IMG/VR virus record: IMGVR_UViG_3300021963_000024
Source: a virus
Taxonomy: Duplodnaviria; Heunggongvirae; Uroviricota; Caudoviricetes
DNA length: 64,000 nt
Reading direction: 5' to 3' (one strand)
Every line of letters starts with the position of its first letter. The first letter of the stretch is position 1. The translations under genes and the position numbers were made by a program. The notes beneath the pieces are model-generated. The model was given only the letters and a program-made list of their open reading frames with translations. It did not search any database and was not told the origin of the DNA. Below are positions 8,659 to 18,295 of this stretch, piece after piece.

Positions 8659-9735
8659 TTACCATTTTCTACAACTCCAATATCTTGCTTTCCATCTTGG
8701 TCCTGGATTATCGCAATTATGTCTAGCTCTAAAACTTCTTCTTCTATCTGGGTTTGATTTTTTAATTCTCATATTAGGGTCACCAAAGTTTACCTTAACA
8801 ACATTACCACTTGCATTTTTTACATAAACTTTGAATTTCTTAACATCTCCTTGCATTGGTTTACCAAGTTGAACTTTTCTACCTTGATATTCTGCCTCAA
8901 ATACACATGGACATCCTGCTTCATTTAATTGTGTAACATATTCTCTCATAAACTGAACGAACTCTTTCATATCTTGTTCGTTATCTACATCATATTCTTC
9001 TACCTCATCTATTTGTTCATTGATGTTTTTACCATTTACTGGCATTAAATTTACTAATCTCATATCTTTAATATTTTCTTTTACAGGTACACAATTAGGA
9101 ACCATTTTACCATTTTTGATTTTACCACCAATCTCTCTATATCCATCCCAACATTCATGCAATGCGTTTAATTCTCCTAAACTTTCATTACAAGTTCTCC
9201 AACCACCACCTTTTGATTTGTAGTTTTTTGCAGCCCATCCGTTTGCGTAAGCTGATGGATATACATCAAACTTAGATTTTGCTGCTGCTTTAGATGCTGC
9301 CCATTTACCAGGGTCTGTCGGGCAATTCTTTTCTAAAAAAAGATTTATTTTTTCTTCTATTTTCATAGTTTCATTTTTTTTCTTTCCTGCACAATGTGCT
9401 TTTTGAGAAAAACCTTTTGGATTATTACAATCTATACTATTTTTATATTTTTGGCTCCAATCTTCGTTTTTTGGTTTAGTAGAAACATATATGGGGGTTT
9501 TACCCTGTCCACTACTACGTTTACCACCTCTACCTGCATCATTTTGTGCAGCTCTTTTTCTACGAGTTGCAGACTCTTTTTCTTTTTTACTCATTCCAGC
9601 AGCTTTTGCAGCGGGAACACATTTTGCATATCCACTTTTATCTCCCGAAGTTCCACATGGTGGGTGTTTACCATCAACTTTTTTGCCGATGTTTACCCAC
9701 TTTTCTTTAAACCACTTATTTAAATCTTCGTTCAT
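8659..9735 (-). CDS. modular basic protein made of short Cys/Trp/Lys-rich units (candidate internal head protein)
   Basis: Modules KWFKEKWV..C, DWSQKYK..CNNPKGFSQKAHC, YPSAYANGW, CWDGY..VPNCVP, AEYQGRKV..NFGDPNMRIKK..RARHNCD. Confidence 0.65.
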   Translation of the reverse strand: MNEDLNKWFKEKWVNIGKKVDGKHPPCGTSGDKSGYAKCVPAAKAAGMSKKEKESATRRKRAAQNDAGRGGKRSSGQGKTPIYVSTKPKNEDWSQKYKNSIDCNNPKGFSQKAHCAGKKKNETMKIEEKINLFLEKNCPTDPGKWAASKAAAKSKFDVYPSAYANGWAAKNYKSKGGGWRTCNESLGELNALHECWDGYREIGGKIKNGKMVPNCVPVKENIKDMRLVNLMPVNGKNINEQIDEVEEYDVDNEQDMKEFVQFMREYVTQLNEAGCPCVFEAEYQGRKVQLGKPMQGDVKKFKVYVKNASGNVVKVNFGDPNMRIKKSNPDRRRSFRARHNCDNPGPRWKARYWSCRKW

Positions 9736-9765
9736 TTATAATAGTTTCAATCTATAAATATAAGA

Positions 9766-11376
9766 TTATCCTAATAACCAATGAAGATTCTCCTTTTCTC
9801 CTCTACCCATATCCATTTCGTATGGATTTTTCTTTAAATGCGAATGCGCGGTATACACACTTTCATATTTATTTATTTGTGAAGAACCCAACATTGCTTT
9901 TGTTAAATCTATACCTTCTTGTCTTAATCTTAATGCAGTATTTCTAACCCATAATCCGATTGCCAATGCCATTGTAAGGTCATCATTATATCCCTTCATT
10001 GCTTCGGCTCTACCATTATTCCAAATAAAAGTAAATAATTCATCTATCAATCTTTGGGAACGAATGAGAATATCTTTATCATTCATATAGGTATCCAATG
10101 CTGATATGATAAGAGGTCTTGTTTTGGTTGTAGTTGAAAATCCTGCAACCATTTGTCTTTCATCTCTATAATATTTATTAGACATTTGTTTTTCAACATC
10201 CACATATTTCAAATCATTACTCATATAGAATAAATTAGGATATGCTCTGTCAATTACTTGCTGAATACATGCCCATCCCACATTTGAGTTTTCTATTACT
10301 AATAATGCATTGTTATATTCCGTTGCTAATGCTGTTAAGAAGTTTCCAAAATCTTTTGTATCAATTTTACCTCTATACTCTGCAACCTGTGATGAATCTT
10401 CAATATCTATGACTTGTGCGGTAGAATAATCCGAACCATCACCTCTGGCAACGTCGGCTACTACCATATATTGCCTATTGTAGTTTGGATGTTCCCATAC
10501 CCACAAGTTTCCATCGAATCCTCTTTTTTCAACAGGGTCCATAACATAAGTGTCTTTATACCACATCAATAATTGTGGGTCAATTACATTATCACCAGAA
10601 CCAATAAAGTCACAATCACATTCTTGTGCTGCACCCTTAACTCCTAAGATACGAGTTTGTTCATCTCTCCAAGCCTGATTTCTTTCTGGGTGAACTGTCC
10701 AATGAAGTTTTATCGTATTAAATCCATTCGTTCCATTTTCACCTTCAACCCACATTTTATGAAACCAGTTACCAACACCATTTGGTGTAGATAATACAAT
10801 AGCAGAACCACCCGTTGATAAGGTTGATTGTGCTGATAACCAAATTTCATCAATATCTCTAATGAAAGCTGCCTCATCCACAACAAGTAGTGATAAGGCT
10901 TCCGAACGTCCGGCATCTGGAGAAGATGCGATTGCTTTTACTTGTGAACCATTTTTTAATTTAAGAGAAAGTTTATTATCTTCAGCTGCCGCTGTTCCAC
11001 CATCTCTCAACCAAACAGGAAGGAGGTCATGCATAACTCTTACTTTCTCTACTAAGTTTTTTGCAACGGTCACTTTGGTTGCAATTACTAAGGCGTTAAA
11101 ATCCTGATTGAATATCATTTTCCAAAGAATATAACCGGCAGAAAGTGTAGATAAACCCAATTGTCTACTTTTAAGAATTATGTTAAAACGATTATCTTTA
11201 AAATCTGTCAAACAAGATTCCTGGAAAGGATAAAGGTGAAAGGGTATTTTACCTCTCACCGGGTGCTGAATCATACAATATTTTTTCATAAAGTAGATGG
11301 GGTCTCCCGCACATCTACGATATTCATCAGCAATTATCTCTTTAAGTGTTTTCTTTGGTTGCCCTTGAACACTCAT
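9766..11376 (-). CDS. gp17: terminase large subunit
   Basis: Walker A-like KSRQLGLST, Walker B LLVVDEAAF, STPNG, nuclease DVARGDGSDYS and DDLTMA. Confidence 0.96.
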   Translation of the reverse strand: MSVQGQPKKTLKEIIADEYRRCAGDPIYFMKKYCMIQHPVRGKIPFHLYPFQESCLTDFKDNRFNIILKSRQLGLSTLSAGYILWKMIFNQDFNALVIATKVTVAKNLVEKVRVMHDLLPVWLRDGGTAAAEDNKLSLKLKNGSQVKAIASSPDAGRSEALSLLVVDEAAFIRDIDEIWLSAQSTLSTGGSAIVLSTPNGVGNWFHKMWVEGENGTNGFNTIKLHWTVHPERNQAWRDEQTRILGVKGAAQECDCDFIGSGDNVIDPQLLMWYKDTYVMDPVEKRGFDGNLWVWEHPNYNRQYMVVADVARGDGSDYSTAQVIDIEDSSQVAEYRGKIDTKDFGNFLTALATEYNNALLVIENSNVGWACIQQVIDRAYPNLFYMSNDLKYVDVEKQMSNKYYRDERQMVAGFSTTTKTRPLIISALDTYMNDKDILIRSQRLIDELFTFIWNNGRAEAMKGYNDDLTMALAIGLWVRNTALRLRQEGIDLTKAMLGSSQINKYESVYTAHSHLKKNPYEMDMGRGEKENLHWLLG

Positions 11377-12032
11377 TATTTTTTCAATTTAATTTTCCAA
11401 TATGTTCCAAAATTTATAAACGGTGATAATGAACCATTTGTTCCATCAACTGTTCTATTTGTAACACCTACACCAAATTGATATAATTTATCTTTTTTGG
11501 TTTTTAACATTAAACCTGCTCCTACATGAGATACCACATCTGCTTTGTTGAATCCACCATTTAAACCATAATAAAGTTGGTGTTTAGCCGGTTCTTTAAC
11601 AATAAGAGTTTCTTTTATTTCTCTTTGTTTTACTTTTGCGTCAAATGTTCTACCTAATATTCTGTTTTTAGTAATAGTATCAACTAATGAAACAGTTCCT
11701 AATGAATCAGGAAGGAATAATGTATCTTTATAAATTACTTTTGATAAATAATCTTTAAGAATTGCTGCAGAATCTACATTTACCAATTCTTTTAAAACTA
11801 AAGTATCCACATCAATTACTTCATGTACAATATCTTTTCCTTTTTTAGTAACTACTTTTAATTTTTCTACTTCAACCGTGTCGATTGTGTGCTTTAATAC
11901 TTCATATTTTTTACCATCAATTCTGATAGTTCTTCCACCTGGCATAACTCCACCTGGGTTAAACCATTGTAATAAAATGTAAATAATCAATGCTGCGATA
12001 GCAATGTTTTTAAAATTCAATAATTTTTTCAT
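11376..12032 (-). CDS. membrane-anchored beta-rich protein
   Basis: N-terminal hydrophobic helix IAIAALIIYILLQWF; alternating beta-strands ending FGTYWKIKLKK. Confidence 0.55.
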   Translation of the reverse strand: MKKLLNFKNIAIAALIIYILLQWFNPGGVMPGGRTIRIDGKKYEVLKHTIDTVEVEKLKVVTKKGKDIVHEVIDVDTLVLKELVNVDSAAILKDYLSKVIYKDTLFLPDSLGTVSLVDTITKNRILGRTFDAKVKQREIKETLIVKEPAKHQLYYGLNGGFNKADVVSHVGAGLMLKTKKDKLYQFGVGVTNRTVDGTNGSLSPFINFGTYWKIKLKK

Positions 12033-12034
12033 AA

Positions 12035-12706
12035 TTAATTTTTTATTAGTTCTTCATAATTTAATTCTCGTAACTTATCTTCCAATAACCTTTTTCTATG
12101 TATTAATAATTCCAATGCTTCATAAGAACTATCTATATCATTTTTTAAATCTGCTTTTACCTTATCTATATCTATATCCCAATTCCAATTTTCAACATGT
12201 CCATTTTCATAAACCATTTGATAATCTTTTGTAATATATTTTAAACTATCTTCCATTTTTTGTTTATAATCTCTTAACCATCCAATTTTATTAGAAGTTA
12301 TTTTGTAATCTTCATAAAATGGATAAACACCTTCTTTTTTCAATTTTGCTTCAAATTCAATATTACAATTAATACAATAACCGGCTCTTACTATAAGTTT
12401 TTTATCGGCTTTGGTATAAGTTGTTGTTTTACATTCTGAATTTTTACATGTAGTTAATTTTTTTAAATAATCTCTAACATCATCCATTTGAGATACGGCA
12501 ACTTTGTATCCTTCTCTTTGCTCCCACTCTTTACCATCGGCATCAGTCCACTTTTCTCCAACTTCTCTTTTTGTAGTATCTTCTACTTTTTCATAACCAA
12601 AGACTCTTTGTGTATTATCTTCTCTACCAAATACGGTATCAATAATCTTTTTACGAGATTTGTGAATGTATTTGTTTTTTTGGTCAAAACTGGTTCTTTT
12701 TTGCAT
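12035..12706 (-). CDS. hypothetical protein with putative zinc-binding Cys pairs
   Basis: CKNSEC and CINC; 223 aa. Confidence 0.55.
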   Translation of the reverse strand: MQKRTSFDQKNKYIHKSRKKIIDTVFGREDNTQRVFGYEKVEDTTKREVGEKWTDADGKEWEQREGYKVAVSQMDDVRDYLKKLTTCKNSECKTTTYTKADKKLIVRAGYCINCNIEFEAKLKKEGVYPFYEDYKITSNKIGWLRDYKQKMEDSLKYITKDYQMVYENGHVENWNWDIDIDKVKADLKNDIDSSYEALELLIHRKRLLEDKLRELNYEELIKN

Positions 12707-12718
12707 AACTTTTTAATT

Positions 12719-15700
12719 TTAATAAAATAATCCTAATATTTGATTTAACGGTGCGAATGTTCCTGTCAATTTATATGTTTTTCCGTTATAGAAAAATACC
12801 AAACCTTCAGATGCAACTATTCTATCAATTCCACCTAAATCATTTAATCTTTTTAATTCCGATTTAAGTTTTTGTATTTTTGTTTTATCTCCACTCCCTC
12901 TAACTTCAGATGCAACTGATTTAAATTTATTCTTTATTGCTCTTATTGCTTTTTCCGGATGAACTGTCAATACTGAACTTACAAAATCTAATACATCTGC
13001 TCCAACACTTAAAAATATTTCTTCAAATGGTTTTATATTTTCTTTTTGTTGTTTTTCTACATTTACTTTATCGTTCTCTATTGCCCACTCTTGTAACTTA
13101 GGATTTGATATTGTATTTAATCTAAACGATTTATCACCAAATGCCCATCTTCTTACTAAAGCTTCTTTTGTTAATTTATCAACTTTAACTGGAGATTTTT
13201 TATCTATAAAATTTTCCCACCAACTCTGATGATAAAGTGCAACCGTATCACTATCGGATAATTTAAATTCAGATTGTAGTTTACTTAATTTTGATAAATA
13301 CTTTCCTTGTTTAGAAGAAAGGTTTTCATCTTTTGGAATTGAAGTAATAGGCGGGCCTTGTATTGTATATTTTGATTGAACATCTGCATTTACTTGCTTA
13401 ATCATTCCTGCTAATGTAGATGATGCTCCTTGGTCTGCTCCAATTGCAACACCTTTCTCATCATAACATGTTGTATTGTGGAATACTAATAAAGCCTGTC
13501 CATAAGGAATAACATTTACCGAAGTTGGCCATATTACTTCCAAATTCATAAAACATTGTCCTTCGTTGAATATTTTTTTCCTTTGTGCTTCTGATAGAGA
13601 ACTAATTGCAGCTGATAAATCTCTCATTGCGAAATTGTATGCATCGGTTAATCCACCTCTTCCGGCAAACTTTGATGCAACATCTTCAATACCCATAGCA
13701 TTTGCTCCAGCATTTGCTAAATGTCCTTTGTTTCTTGCTGCAATCAATCTACCATTCTTCCAACTGATAGCTAATGCTTGTCCATCGGTTTTCTCTCTTA
13801 CTACACCCAAATCACCATTCAGTGCTCCTGTAATTATATTTTTAAGGTCACCAAATGTTAAATCCATATCATCAAATGGATGCGACATGTGTCCATATGC
13901 ACCACCTTCTAATAATAAATTTTCATTTAATTCTATTCCGGCTTGCTTTTCAACATTTGTAATATCATCATATCCCATATTACGCAAAGCTCTTACAATG
14001 GTATCTCTACTTGCATTATACTTACCGACAATTGCCATTGCTATCTTCTTTCTTGTTGTATAGTTTCCGTTTTTTAGTTTATCTAAAATATTTTTAAAAT
14101 GAATATCCTTACTGCCCATTTCATCTACTTTACGAAATGTAGTTGCTTGCTTACCATTGATTGTTGGCATTCCGTGGTCATCTACACCAATATCTTTTAC
14201 TGTAACTTTTTTGTTTTTAAACTTTCCCATCAATAAAGTATCACCCTTATCAACATCTAAGTTAATATCTTCATTTGGATAACAATCGCAACTATCATCG
14301 TATCCTTCCGGTCCTTTATATGCCGGTGAGTTTTTTCCTTCTTGATATATTTGTTTGTTAATTCTACCATATTCCCTCATTAGAATACCCGCAACTGCAT
14401 GCGCCTGGTTTTCTATTGGAGAACCATCTGCACCATCTTTCATAGGATTTCTAACCAATCCCATTTCATCTTGCTTTCTGTGAACCATTTCATGTGCAAG
14501 AGTTCTTAAAATATCCGCCGTTAATCTTCCTTCGGTTGCAACATATATTTCTTTTGTTTCAGGGTCAAATCCCCCTAAACTGGTTTTTATTTCTGCAAAT
14601 TCTCCACCACCTACTAAATTAACTTTTGGTGTTTCTTGTAATTTTAATCTTTTAGTTGCAAACTCTACAAAATGTTGAATTGATTGTTGTTTTGTTTCTG
14701 AAAGGTTTTCTCTTAACAAATCGGCTGCATCTTGTTTTGGTTTATTTTTCTTATAATTTTCAATAGATTTGAGTAGTTGTTCATCGGAAAGTTGATATGT
14801 TTCCATTTTTTCGACAACCTTTCTCATAAAGTTTGATATAAATTTGTTGTTATCATCAATTTCTTCATTAATCATTTCCAATATCCCACCCGTTGCTATG
14901 GATAACGCTGCTCCACCACCTGCTGCGCTAACTCCTCCCAATCCTAATGTTTCCAATGCGGCGTGTTTTGCAATATCTTTACCCAAATGTGCACCAAATC
15001 CAACGGCACCATGTGTAAATGCACCAGCGGCGCCGTGTAATGCTGCAGAACCCGCTGCGGCCGCTCCTTTACCTGCCATCACTGCTTTTACTCCTGCAAC
15101 TCCAGCTCCACCCAATGCCATAGAACCTATTAACAATCCAGCATCCAATGCAAAGTGTTTTATATGTTTTATCTGTTCTTTTCTTTTTTCATCGGAGTAT
15201 TCCCATTCGCCTGTTTCTTTATTTTTAGTAGAACCAATTTTCTGTCCATTTGCTAATGCTTTTACTGCATCAACCGTTCCACCGACCATTTCTGCCTTAT
15301 GCTTTGCCCAATGTCCTAATCCATCACCAATCTTTTTTAAACCATTTTTAATGTTACCCATCATTCCTTTTCTTTCCGGAGATTGTGGGTTGTTTACTTT
15401 ATCAATAGTTTGGTTATCTTCTTTTGATAACTCTTTTCTTGCACCATCCAATGCTTGTTTTACTTTTTCGGCTTTTTGGTCTTTAGGTGTAGTTTCTGCT
15501 GAAGATTTTAATTCAGTTCCACTTAATTTTTGTTCAGGTGGTGGACCTTGTTCTTTTCCAGATTGTGCACTGGTAGATGATTTTTCTTTATCTATTTTTC
15601 CTTGTTGGGTTTGGTCTTTTTTGGTTGGTTGACCAGGCTGAGATGGTTCTGCTGCTTTTTGAGCTGCTTTTCCTGGTTCTTTTTTTGCTTTTGGTTCATT

Positions 15701-16603
15701 CACAGGTGCATCATCCGGTCCTGCTATTTTAGCTGCTTGTACGTGAGCTGGATGGTCTTTTGGTAATCTTAATGCATCCCTGGCTTTAATTTTCTTTTGC
15801 TGGCCTTTACTATTTGTATAAGTGATGTCTTGGTCTAATGCTTTATTAGGTGCTTCATCCAAATATTCTAAAATAAATTCATTAAACATCTCTTCTGCTG
15901 CCACTCTACCAATTAATTCTGCAATTGGGTCATATACATATGAATCATCCGTAGTTGCTACTGAACGAATATCATCATTTTTCTTTTGGATTTTTTTAAC
16001 ATCTTCTTTTGATGGATAACCTTTTATAAAATTCTCATTTAACTTTCCTGTTATCATTTTATATATTTCTTTATCAAATTTTGGATATGCTTTTAGAAAA
16101 AACTTTTTAGCTTTTTCATCATTCCCACTACCTAATGCATTTCTAACATCCGTTCCGCTTATTGGATTTTGTTCTGCTGGTACCGGATAAACATAACCAA
16201 TTTCATCATAACCATATCCAGCTTTGCCTTTATATGGTTTAAAGTATTTACCTTGCAATCTTGTTGCATCTTTCTCTCCTACTGCTGCAATATATTGCGT
16301 AGTTTGTCCATCGAATTTTTTAAGTATTTCAATCGGTTGATATGGATTACGAATTTGTATAAATCTATTTGAAGGAATACCAAACATCTTTGTTGCAATT
16401 TCCTTTTTTTCTTTAAATCCAAACGGAGATTTTGGACCAGATTGGTCATTTGATGTTCCTATGTAAACATTTGCAGCACCAAATTTTGACACTAAGTGCT
16501 CATATGTTGCATAATGTCCTCTATGAAAGGGTTGAAATCTGCCTGAAAATATTACAACAGTTTTCTTAATTTCCGGTTTATCTACTTCGTTTATTAAATT
16601 CAT
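12719..16603 (-). CDS. multidomain protein: HxGH nucleotidyltransferase + P/K/Q linker + Gly/Ala hydrophobic segment + HExxH metalloprotease-like + ligase-like (KxDG) domain
   Basis: GRFQPFHRGH and ISGTDVR (cytidylyltransferase-like superfamily); LAHEMVH; GGAYGHMSHPFDD..EKTDG..EGLVF. Confidence 0.7.
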   Translation of the reverse strand: MNLINEVDKPEIKKTVVIFSGRFQPFHRGHYATYEHLVSKFGAANVYIGTSNDQSGPKSPFGFKEKKEIATKMFGIPSNRFIQIRNPYQPIEILKKFDGQTTQYIAAVGEKDATRLQGKYFKPYKGKAGYGYDEIGYVYPVPAEQNPISGTDVRNALGSGNDEKAKKFFLKAYPKFDKEIYKMITGKLNENFIKGYPSKEDVKKIQKKNDDIRSVATTDDSYVYDPIAELIGRVAAEEMFNEFILEYLDEAPNKALDQDITYTNSKGQQKKIKARDALRLPKDHPAHVQAAKIAGPDDAPVNEPKAKKEPGKAAQKAAEPSQPGQPTKKDQTQQGKIDKEKSSTSAQSGKEQGPPPEQKLSGTELKSSAETTPKDQKAEKVKQALDGARKELSKEDNQTIDKVNNPQSPERKGMMGNIKNGLKKIGDGLGHWAKHKAEMVGGTVDAVKALANGQKIGSTKNKETGEWEYSDEKRKEQIKHIKHFALDAGLLIGSMALGGAGVAGVKAVMAGKGAAAAGSAALHGAAGAFTHGAVGFGAHLGKDIAKHAALETLGLGGVSAAGGGAALSIATGGILEMINEEIDDNNKFISNFMRKVVEKMETYQLSDEQLLKSIENYKKNKPKQDAADLLRENLSETKQQSIQHFVEFATKRLKLQETPKVNLVGGGEFAEIKTSLGGFDPETKEIYVATEGRLTADILRTLAHEMVHRKQDEMGLVRNPMKDGADGSPIENQAHAVAGILMREYGRINKQIYQEGKNSPAYKGPEGYDDSCDCYPNEDINLDVDKGDTLLMGKFKNKKVTVKDIGVDDHGMPTINGKQATTFRKVDEMGSKDIHFKNILDKLKNGNYTTRKKIAMAIVGKYNASRDTIVRALRNMGYDDITNVEKQAGIELNENLLLEGGAYGHMSHPFDDMDLTFGDLKNIITGALNGDLGVVREKTDGQALAISWKNGRLIAARNKGHLANAGANAMGIEDVASKFAGRGGLTDAYNFAMRDLSAAISSLSEAQRKKIFNEGQCFMNLEVIWPTSVNVIPYGQALLVFHNTTCYDEKGVAIGADQGASSTLAGMIKQVNADVQSKYTIQGPPITSIPKDENLSSKQGKYLSKLSKLQSEFKLSDSDTVALYHQSWWENFIDKKSPVKVDKLTKEALVRRWAFGDKSFRLNTISNPKLQEWAIENDKVNVEKQQKENIKPFEEIFLSVGADVLDFVSSVLTVHPEKAIRAIKNKFKSVASEVRGSGDKTKIQKLKSELKRLNDLGGIDRIVASEGLVFFYNGKTYKLTGTFAPLNQILGLFY

Positions 16604-16624
16604 ACATATAAATATCCTAAAATA

Positions 16625-16753
16625 TTAGAAATTCTTATAAACGAATGGGTCTCTCTTTTTGAGTTCCTCTAATTTTTTCTGAATTTTCTTTTTCATCTTA
16701 TAATTTTCATATTTTTTAATGAAAAATGAGATGATAGGTAATTTTTTAAACAT
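16625..16753 (-). CDS. 42-aa basic small protein
   Basis: Not in the track: MFKKLPIISFFIKKYENYKMKKKIQKKLEELKKRDPFVYKNF; fills the gap exactly, with its ATG 3 nt after the upstream stop. Confidence 0.6.
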   Translation of the reverse strand: MFKKLPIISFFIKKYENYKMKKKIQKKLEELKKRDPFVYKNF

Positions 16754-16756
16754 AAT

Positions 16757-17299
16757 TTAGTTTTTATAATATAATTCAGGCCATTCCACTATTATATGAA
16801 TACCACCTTGCTCATATGCTTCAGTATATATTTTATAAATATCTTCTATTTTTTTTAATTTATGAACTTTTGTAAATTGAAGAATTGATTGGAATTCATC
16901 GGTATAATCGTTTCTATGCTGAATACCTGGATCCAATGGGTCTTTACTACCAACACCGACTCTAACAATAACATTGACCTTTTTACCGGTCATATGTTCA
17001 AATTTATCAGCATGATTAATTAACTGATTTGCTGCGGAAACTAAAAAATCCCATCTTGGATAAAATGATATTACCGTTTTACCTGTTATTGCAAGTCCTA
17101 AACTCATTCCCATTTGTGTTTCTTCCATAACAGGAACTTCAATCATTTTTTCCTTTGGAACATCATTCAATGTAGTTGACATTGGATTTCCGGCATAAAC
17201 TATTTGCTGTCCAATGAAAACCGTATCCTCTTTTTCAGAAAGAAAATTCATTGCTTTTGTCAATTCATCCTTATATGGTGAAAATTCTGGCTTACTCAT
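16757..17299 (-). CDS. TPP-dependent enzyme, E1-beta/transketolase pyrimidine-binding domain only
   Basis: VFIGQQIVYAG, EVPVMEETQMGMSLGLAITG, DPGIQH; 180 aa, no transketolase C-terminal domain. Confidence 0.8.
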   Translation of the reverse strand: MSKPEFSPYKDELTKAMNFLSEKEDTVFIGQQIVYAGNPMSTTLNDVPKEKMIEVPVMEETQMGMSLGLAITGKTVISFYPRWDFLVSAANQLINHADKFEHMTGKKVNVIVRVGVGSKDPLDPGIQHRNDYTDEFQSILQFTKVHKLKKIEDIYKIYTEAYEQGGIHIIVEWPELYYKN

Positions 17300-18291
17300 T
17301 ATGGTTTTGAATTTGGATTATACAAATGTTTATTTGCTTTATACCATTCGATAGTTTCTTTTAAAGCAGTTTTTAAATCTCTCTTAGGTTTCCAACCTGC
17401 AGCGTTTATTTTCTTAGATGACATTAATCTAACCGGAATCATAGGTGCTTTGTTATTCACATATTCAACTGGATTATTGTTGTTATCTGCTTCTTTAATC
17501 CAACTTAATACTTCGTTTACACTAAATCCTTCTCCATAACAAACATTAAATATATCATACTTGTCATTATTTTCTGCAACAAAGATAAAACCATCTGCCA
17601 TATCTTCTACATGCAACAAATCTCTAACTTCCGTTCCATCACCCCACACTGGAATTGGATTTAAGCCATCTGCTACTTTTCTGATGTTTGCAGGAGTAAC
17701 ATGACATTTTTCATAATCAAATTTGTCGTTTGGTCCGAATGCATTTGAAGGTCTAACAATCAAACATTGCATTGGGTTATGAATTTGATTTGAGAAGAAA
17801 TGACAAAGTAATTCACCATATCTTTTCATATTACCAACTGCTCCATAAATTGGAAATGTAGGTGTTGCATGAACATTTATATCTTCTGTGCACCAATCAC
17901 TACCCATATCAGGATAAGAAGTATTAGATGAAATGAATAAGAATTTACTTACACTATTTCTCCAACTTTGTTCCATTAAATTTACATTCATTTCCACATT
18001 TGGAGTAACATGTAATAGTGGATTTTCTTTCGTATCCAATGCGTTTGATGTGTTTGCTGCGCAGTGGAATACTACATTTACATCTTTAGAAACTTCTTTA
18101 CAAAAATCCGCATCTTGTAAATTTCCTTTGTAAAATTCAACTTCCGATGTTCCTTCGAAATCGTTTTTTAAATCTCTACTATAAGATGTTGCTCTTAGGT
18201 TTCTATATCCTTTTTCCCATAATAATCTCAATAGGTGTGAGCCGATAAAACCACTTGCTCCTGTAACTAAAATCTTGTCCGTTTTATTCAT
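17299..18291 (-). CDS. NAD(P)-dependent NDP-sugar epimerase/reductase (GDP-fucose synthase-like SDR)
   Basis: TGASGFIG, RPSNAFGPNDKFD, HVTPANIRK, VWGDGTEVRDLLHVED. Confidence 0.85.
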   Translation of the reverse strand: MNKTDKILVTGASGFIGSHLLRLLWEKGYRNLRATSYSRDLKNDFEGTSEVEFYKGNLQDADFCKEVSKDVNVVFHCAANTSNALDTKENPLLHVTPNVEMNVNLMEQSWRNSVSKFLFISSNTSYPDMGSDWCTEDINVHATPTFPIYGAVGNMKRYGELLCHFFSNQIHNPMQCLIVRPSNAFGPNDKFDYEKCHVTPANIRKVADGLNPIPVWGDGTEVRDLLHVEDMADGFIFVAENNDKYDIFNVCYGEGFSVNEVLSWIKEADNNNNPVEYVNNKAPMIPVRLMSSKKINAAGWKPKRDLKTALKETIEWYKANKHLYNPNSKP

Positions 18292-18295
18292 AAAT

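Noticed and set aside
9766-11376. Intein or intron in terminase (also checked primase and the Rad50 half)
   Set aside because: Lengths are normal, conserved motifs are contiguous, and no C/S..HN splice or LAGLIDADG motifs were seen.
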